Positions 49,038 to 58,999 are shown, counted from the stretch's first letter. The stretch: 64,000 nt of DNA from an uncultured bacterium (GCA_963768835.1 CAVYJB010000002.1:136230-200229); one strand, 5' to 3'. Translations and numbers: made by a program. The notes: a model not told the origin generated them from the sequence alone.

Positions 49038-49922
49038 TTAGTTGGACGAGGTCACCCTAAACCCGCCAAACTCGACATCCATGAAATCGGTTCGAATACC
49101 AACGTTACCGGGAACTGAGATTGGTTTGCCTCCATATTGAATACCGTCATCGGTGGCACTCAGGACCTCCTTCCAATTGCCGGTCCTTCCGATATCAACC
49201 GACAAGACAATGGTCACGCTTCCAGTAGCATTGTTGGTGACGTTGGTCCGGAGCCCAACCGATTCTCCAATGGGCAGTAGGTTCGGATTTCTAGTGCGGT
49301 CATACGTTCCTGGGAAGATGGCACGATACGCCATGGTGTAATAGACCCCATTCGCCTTCTTCTTAATCACCGCGGCACCATCCACACGGACGCCCACGTC
49401 ATAGAGATTGTTGGCATCCTGATAGCGATTGAGAAGGAACAAACCATTCGATTGGTTGCGGTTCGGGCTCGCGCTGAAATTATTATTCTTAATCAGGAAA
49501 TAGGTCTCTGCGGTATAATTCTGCCACTTCGATTGCGATATCAACCGAAAAACATTCTGAGGATGATAGCCTTCATCGGTATCAACTGGGTTATTCTGAA
49601 AATACCTCAGTCTCCACGCATCGCTGCTCGGCAGTGAGCCCATGATGGTCGATGCCACGCCGCTGGTCGCAACATAGAAATACCCTCCTGAACTGGGCCA
49701 CCAATCCGGATTGGCGCTCTCTGTCGAGCTTCCCACCTCTTGCAGTTCTCCTTGCACGGAAAGGAAGAGATTCTGGGCGGGGGTGGATGACGCGGCTTCC
49801 ATCGCAGTTCGTTTATTACTCAGCGGATGGGACGGGGAACGCAAGATAGTTCCCACCAGAGCAATCAGGAGAAGGAAGGCGATGGTCGTGAGAAGGAAGA
49901 AAATTATCTGGTGGTGCTTCAT
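49038..49922 (-). CDS. secreted beta-sandwich (lectin/LamG-like) protein
   Basis: N-terminal TM; RYQD.NN.Y and G.VGIRTDF patterns; coupled by TAATG to deacetylase. Confidence 0.65.
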   Translation of the reverse strand: MKHHQIIFFLLTTIAFLLLIALVGTILRSPSHPLSNKRTAMEAASSTPAQNLFLSVQGELQEVGSSTESANPDWWPSSGGYFYVATSGVASTIMGSLPSSDAWRLRYFQNNPVDTDEGYHPQNVFRLISQSKWQNYTAETYFLIKNNNFSASPNRNQSNGLFLLNRYQDANNLYDVGVRVDGAAVIKKKANGVYYTMAYRAIFPGTYDRTRNPNLLPIGESVGLRTNVTNNATGSVTIVLSVDIGRTGNWKEVLSATDDGIQYGGKPISVPGNVGIRTDFMDVEFGGFRVTSSN

Positions 49923-52177
49923 TATTGGTAGGTGTTCTGTACGTCCGCACTCTCTACGATAATCTTACTGTTATTTGTCGTCGGGTCCCATGTGGTGAAT
50001 CCGATGCCGCCGCTGAAGGGCGGATTCATGGTATAACCGGTCGTACTCAACACGACGTGGTTATCGAAGGAACAGATACCCTGTGTGCCCTGCACCTGGG
50101 CATAGATGGTATGCGCAGACGAGATATCCGAGACGTTGTTGTCGGCGCCTTCCGCCAAAACGTACTCGACGCCGTTAATATATTGCTCTAATGCAATACT
50201 AACGGTTCCGGGAACGCTTCGGTCGAACTCGCACCGTACGTAATTATTATCATCCTTGTACCGCGCGATTATACCGAGGGTCTGACCGCGCACCCAATCA
50301 ACCGCCGCGCTGAACTTGTAATCCGTCCAACCCCCTGAGTTTGCCAATATCACCTCAGAACCGGTGGTGGAGGCATTCGCTTCCGTGCTTAGGAACCTTT
50401 CGGAGTCTATCACCATGGTTCCCCATGTCGTTCGCCAATTTCCGTCGTTTGCGAAATCATTCTCAGTGTATGGAATCTGAAGGTTGGGAACTGGCAATTC
50501 CGGGGAAGACGGGGGAGAACTACTCGGTGCGACAGCAACGATTTCTGCTGTGGACGTCGGGCTGGGAGCCACGGCTGAACTCGTTGCCACATCCGTGCTC
50601 TGCTTACTATCCGAAACCCCGCTACTCGGCATATCGGCCGTGGCAATGGCATTAATCGGCAATGGCGCGGCGCTCAGGCTCACAATCTCCAATTTCTTGA
50701 GGGTCGATTGCGCAACTACGTTCGGGTCCCATACGCTGAAACCAGCCGCACCCCTCGATAACGTTGTGGAGACTCCGTTGGTCAACGCTTTCCCGTCGAA
50801 CGAAACGGCGACAATGCCGTTATAGACGGACATGGTAATTTCCATTTCGTCTTTTCGGGGCAACGAGTATGCCGAAGCGAGCTCCCGTTCCTTCCCGTCC
50901 ACGCACTCTACTAGTCGCAGAGATGTGTCGCCCCAGTCCAGACTGATGTAATTCTGCTCGTCAACATAACGGGCCACGATAGATGCGGAACGGCCCGTTT
51001 CCCGAGCTATGGTTGCTCGAATACTGTAATTGTCCCATCCCGAATCTCCCAATAGCACGCGAGCCGCGTTGGACCCCGCCTTGGAGAGGAGCGTGAAGCC
51101 GTTTCTTGTGTCAAGCGTGCCGTACAACAACTGAGTATTCTGAAGAAACGATGTTGAATCGCCAGAGCTTGGCAAGGTGAGGGCGGGCGGTTTCGGGGCA
51201 AAATGTTCCAATGTTCGGAGCAAATTATCCGGGCCCATGTCCTTCACCTCGAGCCGCTTTAGCTCATTGTACGGGTTGGAGTCTTTATAGTTATAAAAAC
51301 TTTCGAACGCCCCGTTGCTATCGCTCATGGCTTCGACGAACGCGAGCTTGAAATAGCGGCGCGTGAGCCCGATGTTGAAATCTTTGGCACCGTCGTAGTT
51401 AGACAGGTCCAACGCCCCGAAGTGGTTGAGCGGCACCGCAAGGTACTGGGGGTCCGTTCCCAGATGTTCTTTTATGTCCGATATGCCGTTTATATAATCC
51501 GCCTCGACTCTTTTCTGATAGCTCTTGATGCTTTCTAGGCCTACACCCGGCGTATAGATGCGCGATGTCAGATACGACCCGGTGTTCCCATCCTTGTCTA
51601 TCACAACTTTTTCATGGGAACGCCTGCCGTGCGCCTCGATTTCCCAGCGCCCCGTGGCCTGCATCTTCGCCAGCTCATCCCACCCGAGGTAGAACGGGTC
51701 GTTATTGTTGGCCCTGATGGTGGCTACGAAAAGGGTTGCCTTGAATCCCAGCTTCTTCAATACGTCGTCGACGGGGTAGAAACTGTCCTTGCGTCCATCG
51801 TCGAACGTAAGAATGATGGGCTTGGGTGGCAACGTGAACTTTCCCTCCCTGAAGAGTTCGTACTCCCCGACCGATATGGTCTCATATCCATTCTGCTTCA
51901 GCATCTCCATCTGGGCGATAAAATTCGGACGGCTAGTGTTCGGGCCCACTGGACCGTTGCTTATGATGCCGTGATACATGAGGATGGGTACGGCTTGGCC
52001 CGGAGACAGTTTGGAGGTATCTTCCACTGTGAAATTCTTCGGCGGGGAGAAAGCATAGACATACGCATGAATGCGTATCGCCTTTAGTAAGCCGCTACTG
52101 GCCGGATATAGGAGGATAACCACCGTTCCTACGAATGCCACGATAATCAATAGATAAATTGTTTTCTTGAGTGTCAT
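49922..52177 (-). CDS. polysaccharide deacetylase (IcaB/PgaB-like CE4) with two C-terminal beta-sandwich domains
   Basis: PILMYHG, F.AQM..LK..GY, LTFDDG, WEIEAHG. Confidence 0.9.
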   Translation of the reverse strand: MTLKKTIYLLIIVAFVGTVVILLYPASSGLLKAIRIHAYVYAFSPPKNFTVEDTSKLSPGQAVPILMYHGIISNGPVGPNTSRPNFIAQMEMLKQNGYETISVGEYELFREGKFTLPPKPIILTFDDGRKDSFYPVDDVLKKLGFKATLFVATIRANNNDPFYLGWDELAKMQATGRWEIEAHGRRSHEKVVIDKDGNTGSYLTSRIYTPGVGLESIKSYQKRVEADYINGISDIKEHLGTDPQYLAVPLNHFGALDLSNYDGAKDFNIGLTRRYFKLAFVEAMSDSNGAFESFYNYKDSNPYNELKRLEVKDMGPDNLLRTLEHFAPKPPALTLPSSGDSTSFLQNTQLLYGTLDTRNGFTLLSKAGSNAARVLLGDSGWDNYSIRATIARETGRSASIVARYVDEQNYISLDWGDTSLRLVECVDGKERELASAYSLPRKDEMEITMSVYNGIVAVSFDGKALTNGVSTTLSRGAAGFSVWDPNVVAQSTLKKLEIVSLSAAPLPINAIATADMPSSGVSDSKQSTDVATSSAVAPSPTSTAEIVAVAPSSSPPSSPELPVPNLQIPYTENDFANDGNWRTTWGTMVIDSERFLSTEANASTTGSEVILANSGGWTDYKFSAAVDWVRGQTLGIIARYKDDNNYVRCEFDRSVPGTVSIALEQYINGVEYVLAEGADNNVSDISSAHTIYAQVQGTQGICSFDNHVVLSTTGYTMNPPFSGGIGFTTWDPTTNNSKIIVESADVQNTYQ

Positions 52178-52179
52178 GG

Positions 52180-53520
52180 TTATCGTGTACCCCAATGTGT
52201 CTTCCGAAGCGTCAGAAGGGCGTAGGGCATCTGCCATATGAATACAGAAACGAAGAGTAGGGAGACAATTGGCATGTACATCCAGTTCTCCGCCTTGTGA
52301 TACACGCGCACAAATAAAGCGAATACGATCCCCAGCAAAATGAAGCCGGACATGAAAACGAGGAACAGTAGTGGATTGTGGGTCCGTATGCTGTTCACGA
52401 GTACGCTACCAGCTAAGATGGGGCCGAGAATTGGGAAGCTGAAGTTGGTATAAAAGGCGAAACTTGCCAGCGGGTGCACCTTCTTCCACATAAAGAGACT
52501 CGCCATGGTCCCCTCGCGTATCCATGATTTCTTCCACCTTAATTGTTGCCGCCAATAGACAGAGAATTTCTCGGGCACTATCGTCGTGGCTTCAGCCTTC
52601 GGGCAATACACAATGTCCCACCCTTTGAGCACGAAGTTTGTCAGCCCCCGGTCATCACCGAATGTCCCCTTCGTGCCCAAGAATTTCTGCCCTTTCCACG
52701 CTTCGACGAGCGGGAGCACCGCTTTCTTCCGGTACGCAGAGAAGCAGCCTGGGCAACAGGTAACGGAACGGTGCACGCTTTCGCTGGCCTTGTAGATATT
52801 GAACGAAACCGCGTATTGAATGGATTGCATACGCGTGAGCAGGTTCGCATTCGCGTTCTCTGCTTTCGTGTTCCCGGAAACCGCGCCAATCCGTTCATTC
52901 GCCATGAAATGTTCCACAATGTGATGGATGGCATCAGGGGCAAGAAAGCTATCGGAATCAACGAAGACAATAATATCGTGGCGCGCTTCGTTCATGCCTA
53001 CCGCCATCGCCTCTCTTTTCCCCCTATTCACAGGGAATGAGATAAGTCTCACCTTTCCTCCGTAATACTGCTCGGCTCTCAGAACTTCCTTCTTGGTACC
53101 GTCGGTAGACCCATCGTCAATCACGATGCATTCGATCTCCCCGGGATATTGCGACCCGACACACGTGGCAATGGTTCGGAATATACCATCCTCTTCGTTC
53201 TTCGCGGCGATGATAACGCTCACATTGGGATAAGCAGAATCCGGATAGATTGCTGTGTGGTCATCTTTGTGCAGGTAGGCATAGGGTATACGGGAGAGCA
53301 AAAACGTCGTCGCGATAATGCCGTAAAAAGTCCAGAACGAGACAGAAAACGACATACTTGCTATGAAAATTGCTTTATAAAGTAACAGCCCGGTAATCAG
53401 GACCATGAAACATACAAAAACCAACACGGATTTTACCGAGCTCGTCAGCGACTGCGAGGTAGTGTTCGAAATAGTTCTTGATGCGTCCATTCGAGTGAGG
53501 TTTAGCCAACCACCGACCAT
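52180..53520 (-). CDS. processive GT2 glycosyltransferase (hyaluronan synthase/NodC/IcaA-like)
   Basis: DDGSTD, GKREAM, VDSD, GDDR.LT, QQLRW; C-terminal WGTR. Confidence 0.92.
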   Translation of the reverse strand: MVGGWLNLTRMDASRTISNTTSQSLTSSVKSVLVFVCFMVLITGLLLYKAIFIASMSFSVSFWTFYGIIATTFLLSRIPYAYLHKDDHTAIYPDSAYPNVSVIIAAKNEEDGIFRTIATCVGSQYPGEIECIVIDDGSTDGTKKEVLRAEQYYGGKVRLISFPVNRGKREAMAVGMNEARHDIIVFVDSDSFLAPDAIHHIVEHFMANERIGAVSGNTKAENANANLLTRMQSIQYAVSFNIYKASESVHRSVTCCPGCFSAYRKKAVLPLVEAWKGQKFLGTKGTFGDDRGLTNFVLKGWDIVYCPKAEATTIVPEKFSVYWRQQLRWKKSWIREGTMASLFMWKKVHPLASFAFYTNFSFPILGPILAGSVLVNSIRTHNPLLFLVFMSGFILLGIVFALFVRVYHKAENWMYMPIVSLLFVSVFIWQMPYALLTLRKTHWGTR

Positions 53521-53712
53521 TCTTTACCCCTGGTTAAAGCGCCGTAGTTATACAACAAAATGAAAAAATAAGCAAGCGGAGACTGAGCGAACGCCGCTTG
53601 CTGGGACGATTCACGAACCCCGAGCCTGGCACCTCAGCCCGACTCTACTGTCTTCTGACATCGTGTTCGTCGCATTTGACCCCTGGGGTGTCCTGGCAGT
53701 ACTTTACTGGAG

Positions 53713-54210
53713 ATGGATGCTAGTTCGACCGCGCATCTGATTGATTTGCTTGCCAAGCCCTTCCTATCCCTGCCATCAACCATAGGAGGAGGTCTACTAT
53801 CCCTGCTATCGTCTGCTGGAGGCCTTTATTGCCAAGCCGCGAACTCGGCTGCGAAATCGATTGCGAGTTGGTTCTGGACAGCGGTGGTCGCGCTCTGGCC
53901 CTGGTACTGGGCCGGAATAGTTGCGCTTTTGGTGTCCTGGACTCTCTATGAGATATTTTCAGGGAATGGGAGGTCGGAGAATGGTTTCTCTCCGGCATAC
54001 AACCGTGTTGTAGGGAGTGGCGTTTACCTACTCATTCAATCGGCGACCTACCCCTTGCTCCTGAAAACCTTCGGAGACTTGGCCTATTGTCGGCCGTTAT
54101 CCTTGGTGATTCACTACCTAGCTTTCTTTCTTACTGGCGGCTTCCTGCATGTAATCCGTTTCTGGCCGTATTGGAGGATACCCTTCGTCGGCAAGGTGAG
54201 GTTCCATTAA
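53713..54210 (+). CDS. hypothetical membrane protein
   Basis: ORF with GGAG RBS; SENGFSP.YNR.VGS segment. Confidence 0.65.
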   Translation: MDASSTAHLIDLLAKPFLSLPSTIGGGLLSLLSSAGGLYCQAANSAAKSIASWFWTAVVALWPWYWAGIVALLVSWTLYEIFSGNGRSENGFSPAYNRVVGSGVYLLIQSATYPLLLKTFGDLAYCRPLSLVIHYLAFFLTGGFLHVIRFWPYWRIPFVGKVRFH

Positions 54211-54310
54211 GACCAGTTGTTCCGGTTTGATGGTCTAGGGCCTCCAAAACGTCCGACTCGAAGTCTGGCGTGGAGGTGTAGGAGAAAAGCGTACCCTAAG
54301 GGGCTACCAA

Positions 54311-54341
54311 ACAGGTTCTAACATTCTCCACTAGGGGACCC
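54311..54341 (+). repeat. att-like repeat R2
   Basis: ACAGGTTCTAACATTCTCCACTAGGGGACCC. Confidence 0.92.
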
Positions 54342-54367
54342 TGGTTAATCGAGGTATAGTGGGAATA

Positions 54368-54811
54368 ATGGAAAGAAAGACGAAGGTTGTTGTTCTGGGC
54401 ATCATCTACAACGGCGACGGGAAAATATTCCTGACTCAGCGTTATGATCCTGACATCCCCGATGCCCATCTGCGGTGGGACGTGCCCGGAGGAACTAATG
54501 AATTCGGCGAACGTCTCGAGGACACCCTAAAGCGGGAAATCGCCGAAGAGACCGGCCTGGAAGTTACCATCGGAGACCTGCTCCCGAAGTGCGTCACAAA
54601 GACCTGGGAGCACAAGGATTACCTGCAACACACCCTTGTCTTGTGCTACAAGTGCTCTCTAATAAAGGAACATCTGCACCCAAAGGATCATAAGATAGCC
54701 GCGCTGAAGTGGGAGACCTTGGAGAATCTTGCAGCTTATGACTTTCTACCGACGACCAAGGTGTTTATAGACTTGATTAATCGGCCTGTGGGCTCAGAAC
54801 ACAGGTTCTAG
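54368..54811 (+). CDS. NUDIX hydrolase (cassette R2-R3)
   Basis: PGG....GE..E..LKREI.EETGL; stop TAG lies inside R3. Confidence 0.9.
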   Translation: MERKTKVVVLGIIYNGDGKIFLTQRYDPDIPDAHLRWDVPGGTNEFGERLEDTLKREIAEETGLEVTIGDLLPKCVTKTWEHKDYLQHTLVLCYKCSLIKEHLHPKDHKIAALKWETLENLAAYDFLPTTKVFIDLINRPVGSEHRF

Positions 54812-54831
54812 CGTCGTACACTAGGGGACCC
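54801..54831 (+). repeat. att-like repeat R3
   Basis: ACAGGTTCTAGCGTCGTACACTAGGGGACCC followed by AACCCCGACGGACGGGT. Confidence 0.92.
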
Positions 54832-54930
54832 AACCCCGACGGACGGGTCTCTGCACCACCACATCCCCTGGGTGGAATTGTTGTTATAGAAACGCCCGGG
54901 CTCGTATCGAACCCGGGCATATCCCGATTT

Positions 54931-55300
54931 TCAATCCACACAGCGGACAGAACTAGAGAGTATGTAAACGCGCTCACCGCCGGGGAACGCCACGAGGAGG
55001 TCGCACACAACTCCACCTTGGATTTCTCCCGCATTCGGATCTGCCCCGCACGCCCTCCATGACATACTCGATAGCCTCGTGGGGGATGACGCCGCACCCC
55101 GTCTCGATGACGATGCCCGTTTGTTTCTCAAACAACGGATCATTTCCCTTGCGGAAATGGCCATCGGTGGCATCGACGTTGAAAGGGCCGGACCATACCC
55201 CCACCCGGTCGCCAACTTCTTTGGGTTGGGTGTCTTGGTTCATGACAATCATCGCATCCACGAGTGTTCGCAGCGGGCCGTACAGATCTATTCCGCTCAT
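54931..55300 (-). pseudogene. hypothetical protein, probably frameshifted (cassette R3-R4)
   Basis: AAGGAGG RBS before ATG at 55300; protein-like C-terminus VVCDLLVAFPGGERVY continues in a second frame. Confidence 0.5.
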
Positions 55301-55406
55301 CTCACGCCTCCTTATTTGGATTTATGAGAACGATTCTAGCCCAAGTGTAGACCACGATGGTCCGACCTCGCAAGTGGCGGCGGGGTATCTAGGACACGGA
55401 AGAAAA

Positions 55407-55436
55407 ACAGGCTCTAACTTCGTACACTAAGGACCC
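55407..55436 (+). repeat. att-like repeat R4
   Basis: ACAGGCTCTAACTTCGTACACTAAGGACCC followed by CGACGAGAATTTATCT. Confidence 0.88.
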
Positions 55437-55605
55437 CGACGAGAATTTATCTTAACCCACTAGACATAGCGGGTGATTTCCGGTTCGGCCAAGCCTTCTT
55501 GACAGAGCGGTATAAAAATATTAAACTATCCTTGCATGGGATCCTTGTCCCAATGCCTTCAGCTCTTTTACAGAAGCAACAACCATACATGGAAGGAGTC
55601 TGTCG

Positions 55606-56493
55606 ATGAGAAAAATGTCGATCCTCGTTTTCGGTTGCGCATTCGTCGTGCTCTTGAGCATAGGATGCGTACAGCAGGGCAGTTCGACGCAGGAAATACC
55701 TTCCGGACAGGAAGTAACGACTGTCGCCGGGCCAAGCGAAGGGCTCGATCTACAAGCTATCGGCGGTCTGGTAAGGCAGGCGCGTGATGCCGCTAGTCTT
55801 GAAATGCTCATCAATGATCCGGCAAGCGGTATCAACAACCTCGATCTCGACCAGGATGGCCAGATTGATTATATCTCGGTCCACGAGTACATCACGCCGA
55901 CCGAAGGTAAGGGATTCTCGCTCATTGCTAATTTGAGCAGCAACGGACAGCAGCAACACGTCGCTGATATCACCGTGGAACGTGACCCTACGACAGACCA
56001 GATCACTCTGCAGACGCAGGGAGATGCCCAGATTTACGGGCCGGATTATTACTACACTTCTCGTATGGGCTACTCCGATGCCGTATTCTACGTGTGGCTT
56101 TTCGGTTCCCATCCGCTCTACGCTTCGCCTTGGTACTACAGGCACTACCCGAGGTGGTACCGTGCACATAGGCCGGTACCCTCCATGAGGTATCAGGAAC
56201 GTATGGCAGTACGGCATACTGCTATGATGGAGCATTCGCGAACGTCGGTTGTCCGGCCCGTGACTACCGTGCCGGTACCGAGGCGGCCCGCCGAGAGGGG
56301 CACAACCCTGTTCGTGTCCCCGAAACAGAATCAGCACTCGGGTCTTCCCCAGGAACGCGTCGTATCGAAACCGGTCGGAAATGGTGGGCCCATAAGAAGC
56401 GCCAATATAGGTACAAGAAGTACCCCTGTGGCGCCGAAGCCCCCCCCGCCTCCGCATCCATCAAGCCCGTCAAGTAACACAAAGAAGAAGTGA
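55606..56493 (+). CDS. predicted lipoprotein (cassette R4-R5)
   Basis: Lipobox SIGC; LDL.A, INNLDLDQDGQIDYI, Tyr/Trp-rich then Pro/Arg-rich tail; TTGACA-17-TAAACT promoter 55499-55527. Confidence 0.8.
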   Translation: MRKMSILVFGCAFVVLLSIGCVQQGSSTQEIPSGQEVTTVAGPSEGLDLQAIGGLVRQARDAASLEMLINDPASGINNLDLDQDGQIDYISVHEYITPTEGKGFSLIANLSSNGQQQHVADITVERDPTTDQITLQTQGDAQIYGPDYYYTSRMGYSDAVFYVWLFGSHPLYASPWYYRHYPRWYRAHRPVPSMRYQERMAVRHTAMMEHSRTSVVRPVTTVPVPRRPAERGTTLFVSPKQNQHSGLPQERVVSKPVGNGGPIRSANIGTRSTPVAPKPPPPPHPSSPSSNTKKK

Positions 56494-56597
56494 GTGTGGG
56501 AAAGGATTAAATTGCCTTAGGCCTTCGGTGCGATTTTCCACCGGAGGCTTTTTATTACCCAAACTATACTGAGTGGACTGGTAAGGTACCCCTGGAA

Positions 56598-56628
56598 ACA
56601 GGGCCTAGCCCCGTATTCTAGGGAACTC
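56598..56628 (+). repeat. att-like repeat R5 (degenerate)
   Basis: ACAGGGCCTAGCCCCGTATTCTAGGGAACTC; upstream ~37 bp homologous to R1 upstream flank. Confidence 0.75.
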
Positions 56629-56890
56629 TGGCAAAACAATCCGCGTGCTATGCGAGTTGTTTCTTTGTAACCCCGAGAGGAAATGGAATTTCTTAGACCC
56701 GAGTTTGGGGATGATTGTGTCGAAGTACCCCACGATATTTCCTTTGGGATTTTTCCCGATCGCTCTATTGACTTTCCAGGCCCCATGTAGCAGTATGTCC
56801 GCAGCAACAGCAAAAATTTATAGAAGAAGCAACTCGATTCAGTGCGGGAGAAAAACCACTATCAATTCACTTCTATTCGCAGGAGTGCAA

Positions 56891-57454
56891 ATGAAACGCA
56901 TCCCGGTCTTACTATTCGCGTTGTGTGCCCTACTTCTCTTGTCGTTACCGGGTTGTATGGGACAGAAGGGATCAGATGGATCGGTGTATCTTCGGTACAG
57001 CTGGACCAGCTATCTGTATACCTACGACGACAATACTCCGCTCCACAACATTCAGCAGGGCGTCGATTACGAGATCAGCCCAGGAGCGTACGAATATTCG
57101 TATGAGTGTCGAGAGTACTATACGAATGGCACCTATAGCTACTGTGATGTCTGGGGAACGTTCAGTCTGGTTGCAAACGAGGGTAAAGATGGAGGCATAT
57201 TCTGGCAGAAAGGCGATGACGGCGCTCCCAAGTATTACACATTGAGCATTGGGTGGGGGGGCGCGAGTCTTGAGAAGCCGAGTGCACAGCATGCAAAACC
57301 GCCCACCGAGTTGAACGGGTTGAAAGGTAAGGATTCTCTAACGAAGATCGATCGGAGTCTTGATAACACCCTTCCGGTGCAGGTGAGGACAATCACTACC
57401 GAGGGGTGCACGATCGTGTACCGATACAGAATGCAGGAGGGAGTAGGCAAGTAA
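56891..57454 (+). CDS. predicted lipoprotein (cassette R5-R6)
   Basis: AGGAG RBS; MKRIPVLLFALCALLLLSLPGC signal. Confidence 0.7.
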   Translation: MKRIPVLLFALCALLLLSLPGCMGQKGSDGSVYLRYSWTSYLYTYDDNTPLHNIQQGVDYEISPGAYEYSYECREYYTNGTYSYCDVWGTFSLVANEGKDGGIFWQKGDDGAPKYYTLSIGWGGASLEKPSAQHAKPPTELNGLKGKDSLTKIDRSLDNTLPVQVRTITTEGCTIVYRYRMQEGVGK

Positions 57455-57551
57455 GTCCTCTAACAAAGGGGTAGGAGAAAGCTGGAGGACAACCGAGAAA
57501 GGAGTTTCGCCGTCTGTACTTAACAGGCGGCACTTTTTATTTAACGATGGA

Positions 57552-57582
57552 ACAGGTTCTAACATCCTCCACTAGGGGACCC
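57552..57582 (+). repeat. att-like repeat R6
   Basis: ACAGGTTCTAACATCCTCCACTAGGGGACCC followed by AAACCCAACGGACGGGTT. Confidence 0.93.
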
Positions 57583-57689
57583 AAACCCAACGGACGGGTT
57601 TCTCCTGAAGATTGACAAAGTAGCACGCAAGTGCTATTCTGTTTTCAGCATCAAGAAGTAACAACCAACCCACAGAAATCTCAGGAGGG

Positions 57690-58238
57690 ATGGAAATGGA
57701 GACACCAGTCAGCTACCTGCTCACAAAAGAGATTGCCAAGCGTGCGATCGACATGGTTCGTCCGGCGATTCTCGCTGCCGTTGAAGGGAAGATTCTGAAG
57801 CGAGGCGATCTGCATATCGTTGTCATGGATCCAGTGAAGGGGCCTTGGAATGTCGAACACGAAGACGAGGCTATTCTCCACGAAGAGTCGTTCGGAGACG
57901 TGGCGAAGTGGGCCAGTCCCTACGGTGAGATTGCGCGAGCAAAGGCAATCGAATCGTGGAGAACTGGTTTCCCTACCCACGTTATTCGCGAAACGATGCC
58001 CTATTTGCTCTATGCGAACGACGATTACTCCGACACTGTGTACTGGGGGAGCGCTGTCCTCCAAGGATTGACCGTCGGGGTCAGCGGCGTGCAGTCCTGG
58101 TTCGACGAATGGGTTGCGTACATGGTCGCGGCGGCCTGCAGAGCTCTCTGCATCGAAGCGATGCAGAAACTTCTGAAAGACAAGAACCGCGACTTCGTGT
58201 GGCAGCCGGAACTGGACAGCCACAGTGGTAGCCGGTGA
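57690..58238 (+). CDS. GlcG/HbpS-like (heme-binding fold) protein (cassette R6-R7)
   Basis: HIVVMDP, IARAKA, VGVSG....DE..A pattern; TTGACA-17-TATTCT promoter 57612-57640; AGGAGG RBS. Confidence 0.65.
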   Translation: MEMETPVSYLLTKEIAKRAIDMVRPAILAAVEGKILKRGDLHIVVMDPVKGPWNVEHEDEAILHEESFGDVAKWASPYGEIARAKAIESWRTGFPTHVIRETMPYLLYANDDYSDTVYWGSAVLQGLTVGVSGVQSWFDEWVAYMVAAACRALCIEAMQKLLKDKNRDFVWQPELDSHSGSR

Positions 58239-58304
58239 ATGTTTAGGACCGAGCAGACCTACCTGCTCCCGTCACAGCAATGTGGCGGTTTTTCTTTACC
58301 CCAC

Positions 58305-58337
58305 ACAGGTTCTAACTTCATACACTCTAGAGGACCC
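58305..58337 (+). repeat. att-like repeat R7 (2-bp insertion)
   Basis: ACAGGTTCTAACTTCATACACTCTAGAGGACCC followed by TGACGAGGATTTATCT. Confidence 0.9.
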
Positions 58338-58453
58338 TGACGAGGATTTATCTGAATCTGCTAGATAGGACAGGTGCTTTTCAGTTCGAACAAGAAATTG
58401 ACAGCCGAACTCTTTTCATATAAAACGAATCCAGCAATCAACTACAACAATGA

Positions 58454-58900
58454 ATGGAGGGAGCTATGGAATCCCACGGTCCGATCCAAGTCGGCATTGG
58501 GCTCGAATCGCTAAAAGTCGGTGTTTTACAGGAGATGAAAAGGACACATGCTCTGTCCGCTTGCCCACTCTGTGGAGAACCTCTTGATCCAGCCACGTGC
58601 TCGTTTTGGGAAGTGATGGATCGGCATCGTTTGCCCATGTCCGGTCAGGAAGAGCCGTCGAATCTGGATTGGGCAACGTGCGCATCATGCATGATTGTCT
58701 GGAAGCTCTTTCTTCAGAACACCAGCAACGATAATCCCGGGAATCTGAATAATTGGGAGGGCCACCAGCTGTACCTTTCCGGCTATACCAATTGTTTCTG
58801 CCGTCAGCAGGTCCTGAGAGGCTCTTGGACGCTCATTCACGACACAAAGGATCGACACTCGCACATCCGAGAGGAATGTGTGGCATCTGAACGGCGCTAG
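58454..58900 (+). CDS. hypothetical Cys-rich protein (cassette R7-R8)
   Basis: CPLC, CASC, CFC..H..C; TTGACA promoter at 58398; start may be ATG 58466. Confidence 0.6.
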   Translation: MEGAMESHGPIQVGIGLESLKVGVLQEMKRTHALSACPLCGEPLDPATCSFWEVMDRHRLPMSGQEEPSNLDWATCASCMIVWKLFLQNTSNDNPGNLNNWEGHQLYLSGYTNCFCRQQVLRGSWTLIHDTKDRHSHIREECVASERR

Positions 58901-58968
58901 AGCAAGAGGCGACAATTGCTAGTTCCAGGCCACCCGGTTCATCCGTGTGGCCTTTTCCTTACCCCCCC

Positions 58969-58999
58969 ACAGGTTCTAACGTCCTTCACTAGGGGGCCC
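58969..58999 (+). repeat. att-like repeat R8
   Basis: ACAGGTTCTAACGTCCTTCACTAGGGGGCCC followed by AAACCCGATGGACGGGTT. Confidence 0.92.
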
